Notes: generated from the letters alone by a model not told the origin. Counted from the stretch's first letter, positions 22,015 to 34,586 are shown. The stretch is 39,019 bases of DNA from Octopus bimaculoides (GCF_001194135.2 NC_069000.1:45497380-45536398); one strand, 5' to 3'. Made by a program: numbers and translations.

Positions 22015-22300
22015 TCGTGTGTGTGAGTATGTGTGTGTGTAGATGCATACACACACATACACATATGCATGTATACATGCATGTATATACACATGTTTAT
22101 ATATGTATATGTACTTACAGATTTACATATACATGTACAAATATACCTACAGACACATACATATATGTATATATATATATTTGTGCATATATATATGCAT
22201 ATATGTATATATGCATGTATATATGCATGTATATATGTATACATACATACATACATACATACATACATACATACATACATACTTACATACATACATACAT
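22015..22300. repeat. Compound TG/TA/TACA microsatellite
   Basis: Direct reading; similar blocks at 22485-22655 and 23105-23470. Confidence 0.95.
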
Positions 22301-23332
22301 TCAAAGTGTATGTGAAGAGTGTAAAGAATATCCACTTCCCTTGGTCCATCTCTGTCCACATCCGGTATAACGGTACGACTTCCGGTGTGATGGTACCACC
22401 CTGTTATTGTTAACAAAAAAGTATTTCTATTCATTTCTGGAACGAAATCAAGGATTTAAGTCGTGGACCTGTTTACATTTCACACACACACACTCACACG
22501 CACACACATGGACACGAATACGCTAAAACACGCACTATACAAATATACACACATGTACTCGTATATGTGTTTGTAAACGCAAACACAAACACACATAAAT
22601 ATATACATGGAAGTATATACACCCACATACACACATGCACACGCACAAGCATATATCAATGAAGGATTACTCAATCCATTTGGTAGAGTACAAATTTAGT
22701 GTTCTTTAACACGAATAGTATTGATAGTGACTTCGAAGTTTCTCCCTGCAAACACCCATAACCGGACGCTTCGATGATGGTTTAATAGGCCGAAACTTTG
22801 AAGTAATAATAAATAATATTCTTAAAGGATAATATAGTCCCAAAATAAATAAATAAATAAATGAAAAACACAAAAGCGAAGTAAAAGAACAAAAAAAAAA
22901 AGAAAAAAAAAGCGGTTGTATTAGGTTTTCGCTCAGGAAAATTGGAGGAATTCTTTAACGTTTCGATCCTGCGTTCTTCTTCAGAAAGGACAGAAAACAG
23001 ATGAAGGGAAAATAAGAAGCTTATTTTAGTTAGAGGGTGAATGCAAGCTGAAATGAGTGGAAGACGAAGTTGGCGCAAGGACGGACTTGTATATGAAGGT
23101 AATGTGTGCATGTGTATATGTGTATATGTGTATATGTGTATATGTGTATATGTGTATATGGGGTATGGATGCGCACACGTGTATGCCTGCGTGCATGCGG
23201 GTGTGTGTGATCGAGTACATGTGTGTGTATGAAGATAATGTGTGTATGTGTAGTCTGTGTTTATGCGTGTTTTGTACGCGTATACGGACGTGTGTATGTG
23301 TACATGAGGCTATCTGACGTATATGTGCGTGC

Positions 23333-23374
<42 letters not shown>

Positions 23375-23379
23375 GCGTG

Positions 23380-23418
<39 letters not shown>

Positions 23419-23850
23419 ATGTATGTATGTATGTATGTATGTATACACATACACACACAATGCACACACACATAGTGCGTACTGCGCAAAGTAACGAGGC
23501 ACACAGTAACAAATCATTAGGATTAATTATTTCACTCCAATTTCTAATTATTTTGGCTCAAACAAACATTCCTTTGTAGTTTCCACATAAGAAATGGAGG
23601 AATATTTGCCGTCTTAAACTGAACACTATAAAGGAGAGAAAAAAAAGTTAAAAAAGGAAACACGAAATGTTTTTCCCTCCAAATAAATCCTGATGCTTTA
23701 TTACTGGAGCCATCCCTTTTGATGTTAGAAGAATATTCATCTTGCTGGCGGTGAAAAAAACTATAAATTGTTTATACCAGATAAATATTTATCTTTCTAT
23801 TAACGTAATAAGCCGAGCAGCCTTTAAAACGCTGGTCCTACGTAGCAGAA

Positions 23851-24052
23851 ATATTCTTTTCTACTCTAAGCACAAGGCCCGAAATTCTGGGGGATGGGCC
23901 CAGTCTATTAGATCGACCCCAGTACGCAACTGGTACTTGTTTAATCGACCTCGAAAGGATGAAAGGCAAAGTCGACCTCGGTGGAATTTGAACTCAGAAC
24001 ATAAGGACAGACGAAATACCACTAAGCATCTCGCCCGGTGTGCTAACGTTTC
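23851..24052 (-). mobile_element. SINE family B, tail type 3
   Basis: Tail (reverse complement) CCCCAGAATTTCGGGCCTTGTGCTTAGAGTAGAAAAGAATAT, followed by the standard body and head. Confidence 0.92.
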
Positions 24053-24111
24053 TTTTTTTTTTTTTTTATTGCCCACAAGGGGCTAAACATAGAGGGGACA
24101 AACAAGGACAG
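24053..24111 (-). mobile_element. SINE family B type-1 tail with poly(A), cut by a gap
   Basis: TATTGCCCACAAGGGGCTAAACATAGAGGGGACAAACAAGGACAG matches the reverse complement of the tail at 30025-30050 and the tail at 17405. Confidence 0.85.
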
Positions 24112-24126
24112 NNNNNNNNNNCAGAA

Positions 24127-24298
24127 ATATTCTTTTCTACTCTAAGCACAAGGCCCGAAATTCTGGGGGATGGGCCCAGTCTATTAGATCGACCCCAGTA
24201 CGCAACTGGTACTTGTTTAATCGACCTCGAAAGGATGAAAGGCAAAATCGACCTCGGCGGAATTTGAACTCAGAACGTAGCGGCAGACGAAATACCGT
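24127..24298 (-). mobile_element. SINE family B, tail type 3 (duplicate of 23851; probable assembly artefact)
   Basis: 24122-24246 is identical to 23846-23970. Confidence 0.85.
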
Positions 24299-25518
24299 TG
24301 AGCACAAAATACATGTGTCTAGTAGTCTAACAGCGTCCCAGTGACTGGATTCACTGAAAAAGTTATAGAAGAACATACTTGAGAGCGTTTGTATTTTGAA
24401 TGTTTCGGCTGTCTCCGTGAATCTCCGAATTTAGCCCCCACTCATTCGTTTACATAAAAACCAACCTTTCTCGCAAGGAAGACAGGAAGGATTGAAAAGG
24501 GGTGGAGCAGACGCCATATTAAATAAGATTAAGATATATATATATTTCTACAGCCATATTTCATAAAAAAAAATCAGGAGTTTGTAGAGAGAAGAATAAC
24601 ATGAACGCAGACTTCATTTTCTTTTATATTCATATAGAAAGGGGCCGAAAATTTCACAACAGAATTTAAGGTGGTGCTGGCATTCGTCACTTTGATAACT
24701 GCTGGTGTATTAACTTGTGAATTTATTGCTCTCTTTGTCATCCGCTGATGATTGTATCAGACGTGTATTTATTTTTATGAATGTCTGACTACCAGAAATA
24801 CGTATTCATGAATTTCCTTTCCGGAAAAGGTACTGGTTCTATATATATGTATGTCATTTTATGTATATATGTACATATACTTGGATATGAATTTGTATGT
24901 ATGTATGTATGCATATATATATNNNNNNNNNNNNNNNNNNNNNNNNNNNNNNNNNNNNNNNNNNNNNNNNNNNNNNNNNNNNNNNNNNNNNNNNNNNNNN
25001 NNNNNNNNNNNNNNNNNNNNNNNNNNNNNNNNNNNNNNNNNNNNNNNNNNNNNNNNNNNNNNNNNNNNNNNNNNNNNNNNNNNNNNNNNNNNNNNNNNNN
25101 NNNNNNNNNNNNNNNNNNNNNNNNNNNNNNNNNNNNNNNNNNNNNNNNNNNNNNNNNNNNNNNNNNNNNNNNNNNNNNNNNNNNNNNNNNNNNNNNNNNN
25201 NNNNNNNNNNNNNNNNNNNNNNNNNNNNNNNNNNNNNNNNNNNNNNNNNNNNNNNNNNNNNNNNNNNNNNNNNNNNNNNNNNNNNNNNNNNNNNNNNNNN
25301 NNNNNNNNNNNNNNNNNNNATATATATATACATACATACATACATACATGCTCCTGTACATATGTTTAAGTGTGTGTCTCTGTGTGTGTTTCACATAAGA
25401 ATGTATAACTCTTGAATAAAAATATCCCAAGCTTTCAACAGTCACAAGTCTGCATTAGTAAATGTTACGACTGTCATAACGCAACGTCCATCAATCACTT
25501 CTATGTCTGAGCCTCTTT

Positions 25519-25596
25519 AGCAACAACAACAACAACACCATCCTCATCGTCATCACCATCATCATCATCACGATCATCATCATCATCCCCAACAAC
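25519..25596. repeat. (CAA)/(CAT) trinucleotide tract
   Basis: Direct reading of the sequence. Confidence 0.9.
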
Positions 25597-25798
25597 ATGG
25601 AAGACACTGACAGCTGTAATAGTAAAGTGATTAACTACTTCAACTGTTTACGATCAAGCCGACCTCCATATCTTATGTTTGGCGACACGGCGCTTTCGGG
25701 CTTAGAAACCAGGGCATATTGCAATGTTTTAGGCACTTCTTGCAGTGCTTTCTCCATAAGTCTATAAATAATAGGGCTTTAGGCATATCTTCCCCCTG

Positions 25799-26008
25799 CG
25801 AAGGGGTACTGAAAAGTTCCTGGATAAAGGGTATGACGAAAGGCCTGGCTGGAGGCCCAACATTCCGAGTTCTTTTACAGGCTTAGAAAACCTGAAGGAC
25901 TGCAGTTTGTGTGTGAATCTGAGAGGGGAATATATTGGATAAAATCATAATTAACTTATCCGCCTGTATTTTCTTTTACCCAAAGCTAGGAACTTTTCAG
26001 CACCCCTC

Positions 26009-26009
<1 letters not shown>
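25799..26009 (+). mobile_element. Internally deleted mariner element retaining the transposase C-terminus
   Basis: TIRs CGAAGGGGTACTGAAAAGTTCCTGG and CTAGGAACTTTTCAGCACCCCTCG. Right TSD TA; left TG. Internal WLEAQHSEFFY / GLENLKDCSLCVNLRGEYIG* matches the mariner C-terminal pattern W...Q..EFY..G...L..RW.KC....G.Y.E. Confidence 0.9.
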
Positions 26010-26048
<39 letters not shown>

Positions 26049-26245
26049 NNNNNNNNNNNNNCACGCACACACACACACACACATATTTGGTTAAAATGGT
26101 TTATTGATGTGTTTTGTTTCTCTTTTTTCCCTGACGAGATGATTACATTGTTTTACATCATTTTATTCCCTCAGGAATAATACCAGTGTTTTCTTCGAAA
26201 CATATGTCGGAAGTATAAAGATTTGAATAACTCCTTTTCTTAATC

Positions 26246-26248
26246 TAT

Positions 26249-26296
<48 letters not shown>
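26246..26296. repeat. (CTA)n microsatellite
   Basis: Direct reading of the sequence. Confidence 0.97.
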
Positions 26297-26297
<1 letters not shown>

Positions 26298-27864
26298 AAA
26301 AACTGTAAGAGACAACCACAATGTTTTCAATAAGACACAAAAATAAATGTGAGAATCTTATGTGGATACATCTATAGAGAGGGGGGGGAGGGGGGAGTAG
26401 AGGGAGAGATACACAAACACACAGATATGTACACACACAAACACATGTATGTATATGTAAGCATACACATACACATATGCACACATGTATATGTATACAT
26501 GTGTGTGTGAGCATGCATATGTATTTATATTTACACGTAAGTATATACGCACATGCATACATATACAAACATACACACACACACACACATACACACACAC
26601 ATATATATATATATATGTAGATATGTATATATGTATATATGCATACACATACATACAGATGTATTTATGTTATGCGGTGGAGACAGACAACAGACATAAA
26701 AACCGAGGGCCAGAGAGAAAGACGCGTTAGTTAGTGGCATAAAAAATCATTTCTCTCCCTCTCGCTTACTCTCTCTCTTTCTCTCTCTCTTCACACGTGC
26801 GTGTGTGTGTATGTGTATCGTATGTGTGCACGCTTGTGTATGTTTGCTTGTGTGTGCGTGTGTGAATGTGTGTGTTTGCATGCTTGTGTGTATATTTGCA
26901 TGCGAACACGTGTGTGTGTATGAGTGTGTGCGTGTGTTTGTTGCGCGTGTGTATGTGCTTGTGTGTGTGTNNNNNNNNNNNNNNNNNNNNNNNNNNNNNN
27001 NNNNNNNNNNNNNNNNNNNNNNNNNNNNNNNNNNNNNNNNNNNNNNNNNNNNNNNNNNNNNNNNNNNNNNNNNNNNNNNNNNNNNNNNNNNNNNNNNNNN
27101 NNNNNNNNNNNNNNNNNNNNNNNNNNNNNNNNNNNNNNNNNNNNNNNNNNNNNNNNNNNNNNNNNNNNNNNNNNNNNNNNNNNNNNNNNNNNNNNNNNNN
27201 NNNNNNNNNNNNNNNNNNNNNNNNNNNNNNNNNNNNNNNNNNNNNNNNNNNNNNNNNNNNNNNNNNNNNNNNNNNNNNNNNNNNNNNNNNNNNNNNNNNN
27301 NNNNNNNNNNNNNNNNNNNNNNNNNNNNNNNNNNNNNNNNNNNNNNNNNNCACCACCACCGCCGCCAGGAGCCGAAATCCGACACTTTATTACACAGAAT
27401 CTCTCATGAGAAAGCTGGGAGTTTTCCTTTCATGTAATCTATTTGTTCAGCTATCAACTTACATTTATTAGGACTTTCCAACGTTTCTCTCTTACAATAA
27501 CAACTTGGCCTTTTTTTAACTTCTTTCTTTTACAGTCACATAAACACAATTCCTTCATAAGCAGAGCAGTGTGTGTGTGTGTGTGTGTTTGTGCGTATGT
27601 GTGTTTACGTGTAGACATGAGTATATTTGTGTGTGTGTGTGGAGATTCCTTGTGATGAGTTTGGATGGAGATGGTAGGATCATCTTTTGCGGTAAGTCAT
27701 AATTCTAAGGTCTCAAGACAATGATGCAACGAAGGGGTTTTTATTTTGACGGCGAAGAATATGAAGAAATGGACTGATGTGGCGTACGTTCGCGTCTTCC
27801 GTCAAGAGATGAGATACTCAACACTACGGGACAGATTAGACCTTAATTTATAATATATATATAA

Positions 27865-28300
27865 GAGCAGGAGTGGGCGTGTGGTAACAAGCTTACTTCC
27901 CAACCACATGCTTCCGGGCTCGGTCTTACTTCGCGACACCTTCGGCAAGTGTCTTCAGGCCGACCAAAGCCTTGCGAGTGAATTTGGTAAAGGGAAACTG
28001 AAAGAAACCCGTCGTATATATATATATATATATATATATATNNNNNNNNNNNNNNNNNNNNNNNNNNNNNNNNNNNNNNNNNNNNNNNNNNNNNNNNNNN
28101 NNNNNNNNNNNCGTCGTATATATATATATATATATATATATAAATATATATATATTTATGCGTGTGTGCGTGTTTGGCCCTCATCATCGCTTGACCACCG
28201 ATGTTACTGTGTTTACGTCCACGTCAAAAGCGATAGAGCAAGTACTAGGCTTACAAGGAATAAGTGCTGGGGTAGATTTGTCCGACTAAAGACGGTGCTC
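27865..28300 (+). mobile_element. SINE family A spanning a gap in its internal (TA)n
   Basis: Head and body at 27865-28015; 3' half at 28160-28300 with small deletions. Confidence 0.9.
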
Positions 28301-29157
28301 AAGAAATAGTAAGTTATTATGAATAATGATTTATAAAGTGTAAATAAATATATATGTTAGAAGTTACGATTAACTGGAAGTAATGAATTCCTGTGAGTAA
28401 TAAGTTTATTACGATTAATCATATGTCTTGATAATGATTTGCGACAAGTAGAGATTTGTGGAAGCTTTGATTTATTTGCAATAATCGTTTGGTTGCGATT
28501 AATGAAGTTAATACTTTTTTTTGAAGTGGATTGATTGGTTTAAGTTAGTTGCTATTAAAATTCGAAACTGGATAAACGCCTTTTTCTTTCCTTATAGGAC
28601 ACAGACAATTAATGGGGATACTGAACGCTGAGTCATATTAGCTGTAAAAATAAAATAGAAATTAAGACTTTGTCTATTATCATTGCCCGATATCGCCTCA
28701 TGTTCCTTTGGTTAAGTTCCTTTCCCCAAACTCCGATATATTAAACTAAAACGTAGTCAGTTTTTCTTAATTTTTCATAATTAGTTTTCTGTCTGTCTCG
28801 TCCTGTGATTCATAATTTACACAGTCAGAATCTGTAATACTTTTAACTCCATCTGAACTAAGCAACTTCCAGATGTAACTCACTAGGGTGTCTCTCATAT
28901 ATAATGGAAATATGTGGACTAAAGCGTTTTTGACTCAATAATTGAAACCCAGGATTTTGGCATTTTAACATTTAAGCAACAAAAGTGATAGAAAAAAAAA
29001 ACAATAACGAAAAGACAAATTTTGTGACCTTAAACCGAAAATAGAAAATTTTAGACTCTACCACTGAAAAAGAAAGAAAAATAAAATTTAAGTTTCTTTT
29101 TACTCATTTATAACTGTCTTCGTATGAAGCCAAGATGGTGTTGCTTACTGTAACCTA

Positions 29158-29357
29158 CCCACAAGAACCACCCGGAGAAGCCGTTCTATATCACCAATGT
29201 TCTGTAACCCAGCCAAAGAACGAGAAAGAAAAGCTGAAATATTTTACGAAATAACTATAACTCACCCCAAGAGCCAGAAGAAGAAATATTTTACCAAACG
29301 TTGCAGCCCACCCCAAGAACCACCCGGAGAAGCAGAAATATATTAACAAACAACAGT
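29158..29357. repeat. ~46-53-bp imperfect tandem repeat, 4 units
   Basis: Unit starts ~29158, 29208, 29261, 29307. Units 1 and 4 share CAAGAACCACCCGGAGAAGC exactly. Confidence 0.75.
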
Positions 29358-29632
29358 TCCATTGAAGTGCAGTGAGCTAGAAGAAAAGTCCTTTTATTTT
29401 CAAAAGCGAAACTTTTACAAAATTGAAATAATAATTAAAAGAAAACAACACCAGAAACAGTCCACCCCAGTCTTCTTCTCCACCCCGATAACCGAATGTC
29501 TTTCTTAAAAAGAATCACGTCATCTTTAAAGTGGACGGGTGGTGGCAAGTGAAACAGTCTGTTGCTCTGAAAATGTCAAGGCTACGATATCTCGTGTGAT
29601 AAACTGTTAATTACTAAATGACTTTATCTCAG

Positions 29633-29671
29633 CAGCTACGCGGCAACCTGGCGAGTGAAACTCATCATACG
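29633..29671 (+). other. Candidate 39-nt frame-preserving micro-exon
   Basis: Branch-like TACTAAA, acceptor CTTTATCTCAG, donor ACG|GTAAGC. Two open frames (QLRGNLASETHHT or SYAATWRVKLII). Confidence 0.15.
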
Positions 29672-29863
29672 GTAAGCTCAACTAAACTGTCAGTGCTGGG
29701 CCATCTTCATCTTAGCTTAGTCACAAATACATATCTACCCAACCCAGTAACCAACAGTTTTGCTTTATTTTTTGGTTTTACTTGCCGGGTCCGTAAAAAA
29801 AGGCACTGACCACGGCCTTCATGGGTTCTCCTTGGCCAGTGTGATGTTAATAATGTTCCCTTT

Positions 29864-30050
29864 AAGGGGGCGAGCTGGCAGAATTGTTAGCACACCGTTA
29901 CGTTAGTCTGCCGTTACGTTCTGAGTTCACATTCTACCGAGGTCGACTTTGCTTTTCATCCTTTCGAGGTCGATAAATTAAGGACCAGTTACGCACTGGG
30001 GTCGATGTAATCGACTTAATCCCTTTGTCTGTCCTTGTTTGTCCCCTCTA
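29864..30050 (+). mobile_element. SINE family B, tail type 1, 3'-clipped
   Basis: GGCGAGCTGGCAGAATTGTTAGC...GGTCGATGTAATCGACTTAATCCCTTTGTCTGTCCTTGTTTGTCCCCTCTA. Confidence 0.92.
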
Positions 30051-30503
30051 GCTGTTCCAAGATAACAAACTATTGTTACCTCACTTTCTACTCTCCAAAA
30101 GCTTTCTGAAAACATAATCACGCATTGCCTTCTGTTAATAAACAGAAAGCTGTTTGTCTGATGATTAACTCCGGCATAGCTCTGCAAATTCCCCAGTTTG
30201 GCATTATTGGTCATTAGTTAGGAAATAGTTTCCGAGGAACTCTTTTGTAACCCACGTGATGTTATTTATCCATGAATACAATTCGATGCCAATCGTGTAA
30301 CAAATGCCATTGAAGACATTGAATGCAATAGATTTTATTAATGAGGCATTCAAGCGCTATTTCAACTGACAATTAAGTCACTTTATGCTTTTAACGCAGT
30401 GAACATTACCAAAATAAATGGATATCTCAGATGGGGATTAGGAGTTTTGGGGATTAGTTCAAATTGTATTTATAAAGTAAAAGGTTCACTTAACTCCTCA
30501 TGG

Positions 30504-30565
<62 letters not shown>

Positions 30566-33343
30566 NNNNNNNNNNNNNNNNNNNNNNNNNNNNNNNNNNN
30601 NNNNNNNNNNNNNNNNNNNNNNNNNNNNNNNNNNNNNNNNNNNNNNNNNNNNNNNNNNNNNNNNNNNNNNNNNNNNNNNNNNNNNNNNNNNNNNNNNNNN
30701 NNNNNNNNNNNNNNNNNNNNNNNNNNNNNNNNNNNNNNNNNNNNNNNNNNNNNNNNNNNNNNNNNNNNNNNNNNNNNNNNNNNNNNNNNNNNNNNNNNNN
30801 NNNNNNNNNNNNNNNNNNNNNNNNNNNNNNNNNNNNNNNNNNNNNNNNNNNNNNNNNNNNNNNNNNNNNNNNNNNNNNNNNNNNNNNNNNNNNNNNNNNN
30901 NNNNNNNNNNNNNNNNNNNNNNNNNNNNNNNNNNNNNNNNNNNNNNNNNNNNNNNNNNNNNNNNNNNNNNNNNNNNNNNNNNNNNNNNNNNNNNNNNNNN
31001 NNNNNNNNNNNNNNNNNNNNNNNNNNNNNNNNNNNNNNNNNNNNNNNNNNNNNNNNNNNNNNNNNNNNNNNNNNNNNNNNNNNNNNNNNNNNNNNNNNNN
31101 NNNNNNNNNNNNNNNNNNNNNNNNNNNNNNNNNNNNNNNNNNNNNNNNNNNNNNNNNNNNNNNNNNNNNNNNNNNNNNNNNNNNNNNNNNNNNNNNNNNN
31201 NNNNNNNNNNNNNNNNNNNNNNNNNNNNGAGAGAGAGAGAGAGAGAGGGTGAGAATTAATTAGGGATCAAGGCTGGAATTAGGGTTTAATATCGTTCAAC
31301 ATTTAATTGCGTTCATAGAACTTTATAAACACAGAATAATTAATTACGCGCGCGCACTCCCTCCCCATCCACACGCACCCACGCAGATATACATACATAT
31401 GTGTGTGTGTGTGTGTGTGTGCGTGTGTACATGCGTATGTAATTTGTCCGATGCATCTGATTCGCTGACATACAAACGTTTCCACAATTAGAGATAATGA
31501 AACGAAACGCTGAAAGCATTAACTCCAAATATATATTAAATTCATTATAACACACTCGGTGTTAATTAAATTTATTTTAACACCGCAAATGTTAGAAAGA
31601 GTAAGTAGAATGTTTCACAACGTTTTAAACGCATGGGAAAACGTGGAAAATAATTGCAGGAATGTAATTAAGCTGCACTGCAAATTTCAAGTGATAGACG
31701 CATTTATTGGTCATTCGAGTACTTAATTACAACAACATCCGACTATGCACTTAAAGGTTATTAATGCAATTGGATTATGTTATATATAACCTAATAAATA
31801 TATCCTTCTATAGGTTACGTATTAAAATTGACTCTGTAATATTATACCATCTCGTACTATATAACTTGTATGTAGGAAATGCATATCTCACTGTTGAGTG
31901 GATATCATTGTAGTAGATTTTTGTATATCAGTTAATTTGTAATATATATATATATATATATANNNNNNNNNNNNNNNNNNNNNNNNNNNNNNNNNNNNNN
32001 NNNNNNNNNNNNNNNNNNNNNNNNNNNNNNNNNNNNNNNNNNNNNNNNNNNNNNNNNNNNNNNNNNNNNNNNNNNNNNNNNNNNNNNNNNNNNNNNNNNN
32101 NNNNNNNNNNNNNNNNNNNNNNNNNNNNNNNNNNNNNNNNNNNNNNNNNNNNNNNNNNNNNNNNNNNNNNNNNNNNNNNNNNNNNNNNNNNNNNNNNNNN
32201 NNNNNNNNNNNNNNNNNNNNNNNNNNNNNNNNNNNNNNNNNNNNNNNNNNNNNNNNNNNNNNNNNNNNNNNNNNNNNNNNNNNNNNNNNNNNNNNNNNNN
32301 NNNNNNNNNNNNNNNNNNNNNNNNNNNNNNNNNNNNNNNNNNNNNNNNNNNNNNNNNNNNNNNNNNNNNNNNNNNNNNNNNNNNNNNNNNNNNNNNNNNN
32401 NNNNNNNNNNNNNNNNNNNNNNNNNNNNNNNNNNNNNNNNNNNNNNNNNNNNNNNNNNNNNNNNNNNNNNNNNNNNNNNNNNNNNNNNNNNNNNNNNNNN
32501 NNNNNNNNNNNNNNNNNNNNNNNNNNNNNNNNNNNNNNNNNNNNNNNNNNNNNNNNNNNNNNNNNNNNNNNNNNNNNNNNNNNNNNNNNNNNNNNNNNNN
32601 NNNNNNNNNNNNNNNNNNNNNATATATATATATATATATATATATACACTTATGTATGTATGTGTGTAAGTAACTCCATATATACATCCATATATATCTA
32701 TATCTATTTCTATCTATATAGCTTTATGTGTGTGTGTGTGTGTCCATTCATAAATATGTATGTCAGTCTGTATGGAAGTATGCCTGTGTATGTGTGTATA
32801 TGTATGCACAGTTTCTGGTGGGATATCGTCAGTTGAGATAGCTGTAGATGGCAGTGTGTCAGGTTTGTTAACCAATATCAGAAGAAATGAGAAACAGTTG
32901 GAGGTGAAAGTCTGTGAGAGTGGCAGGGAAAGGGTTGGGATACAATTTGTGGAGCACAGCAGAGATTAAGCACGCTTCTTTCAAAATATATACACACAAA
33001 TATACATACATGCATACATACATACAATGCATGTATGTATGTGTATACATACGTACATATATATATACATATATATATTCACGTACATATATATATATGT
33101 GTGTGTGTGTGTGNNNNNNNNNNNNNNNNNNNNNNNNNNNNNNNNNNNNNNNNNNNNNNNNNNNNNNNNNNNNNNNNNNNNNNNNNNNNNNNNNNNNNNN
33201 NNNNNNNNNNNNNNNNNNNNNNNNNNNNNNNNNNNNNNNNNNNNNNNNNNNATATACATATATATACATATATATATCGATATATATATATATACATATG
33301 TATGTAAATATACATATATATATACATATATATATTCACGTAC

Positions 33344-33374
<31 letters not shown>

Positions 33375-34404
33375 CGTGTGTATGTGTGTGTGTGTTTTGG
33401 GTGGGTGGATGAGTATTTCTATCTTTCATGCATCTGTTGGCGTGGAAACGTGTCTCTCCGATTCCAGTGGAGAACCAAAGATACACGTCTCCCTACGGCA
33501 AGATAGAAATAGAGAAATGGACAACAACAACAACAACAACAACAACAGCACAAACAACATCGTTAATTTAAAATAGTTTCTTTGGGTGCGACCCGTTATT
33601 AAGGGGACACAAGGAAAGTCACGTTCGTGTATATGTATGCATGTAAGTGTCTGTGTTTATGAGTCTGCGTGTGGGTGTATGTGTGCGTGTGGGTGTATGC
33701 TATGCCCGTGGAGCGTGTGTACACTTGTCATACTCCAACCTGCTCTGTCTTTTTATTCCTCTCTCTTTCTTTCTCTTTTCTCCTTTCTTCTCCCTGTCTC
33801 TATCCCTCACTAGAATCCATTCAAATGAACACTTGAATGAAGTCGAAGAGAAATAAGAATAAAAAACAAACGTCCATTTAGCACGGCGAGTATAGACAAA
33901 GTGAAGGAAACAAAAGTAACATTCTTTCATGTATGTCGTTTCATAGGCTGAGAGAAGAAAAGGTTATATAAGTGAGCGGAACCAGTGTTAATCACAACTC
34001 TACTCGGACTCTGGCTCTTAAAACTTAACACCGATACAGATTATATATTTTACAGAATATTCTAAAATAAGTGATAATTTTTATATGTATAATTGCGTCG
34101 GGGACCGAACTAAACATTGCCGTGAGCTGGTTGCGGCATTTCAACCAATTTTGTATCTTAGTGAGAAACCAGCTCCTTCTGTACAGGCAAACACCAAAAT
34201 AAGAACAAATGGAAGGGAACGTACACACAAACAAACACACAAACACACACATACACACACACTCCAAGCTAGTATTACGTCACTTTATGTGCGATCTTCA
34301 GATAACTGCCACAACAACATATTTTTCATTCGTTTTACTATTATTTTCTTGACAAGAAATTGTTAATCTAACCTCGCTGGTATATGTACATATCTCCAGA
34401 CTAC

Positions 34405-34551
34405 TTACATACACACACACACACATCTATGTATGTATATATATGTATATGTAAGTATGTATGTATATGTAAGTATATATGTATATATATGTATATATAT
34501 ATGTATATATGTATATATATTTGTATATATGTATGTATGTATATATAAATA

Positions 34552-34586
<35 letters not shown>

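Noticed and set aside
22300-22410. Segment open in several frames between an acceptor-like site and (TATG)n on the minus strand
   Set aside because: The donor is supplied by the microsatellite and no homology is recognised.
27644-27691. SLDGDGRIIFC before a GTAAGT donor, resembling an EF-hand loop
   Set aside because: Position 1 Asp and position 12 Glu are absent, and the acceptor is just the end of a (TG)n tract.
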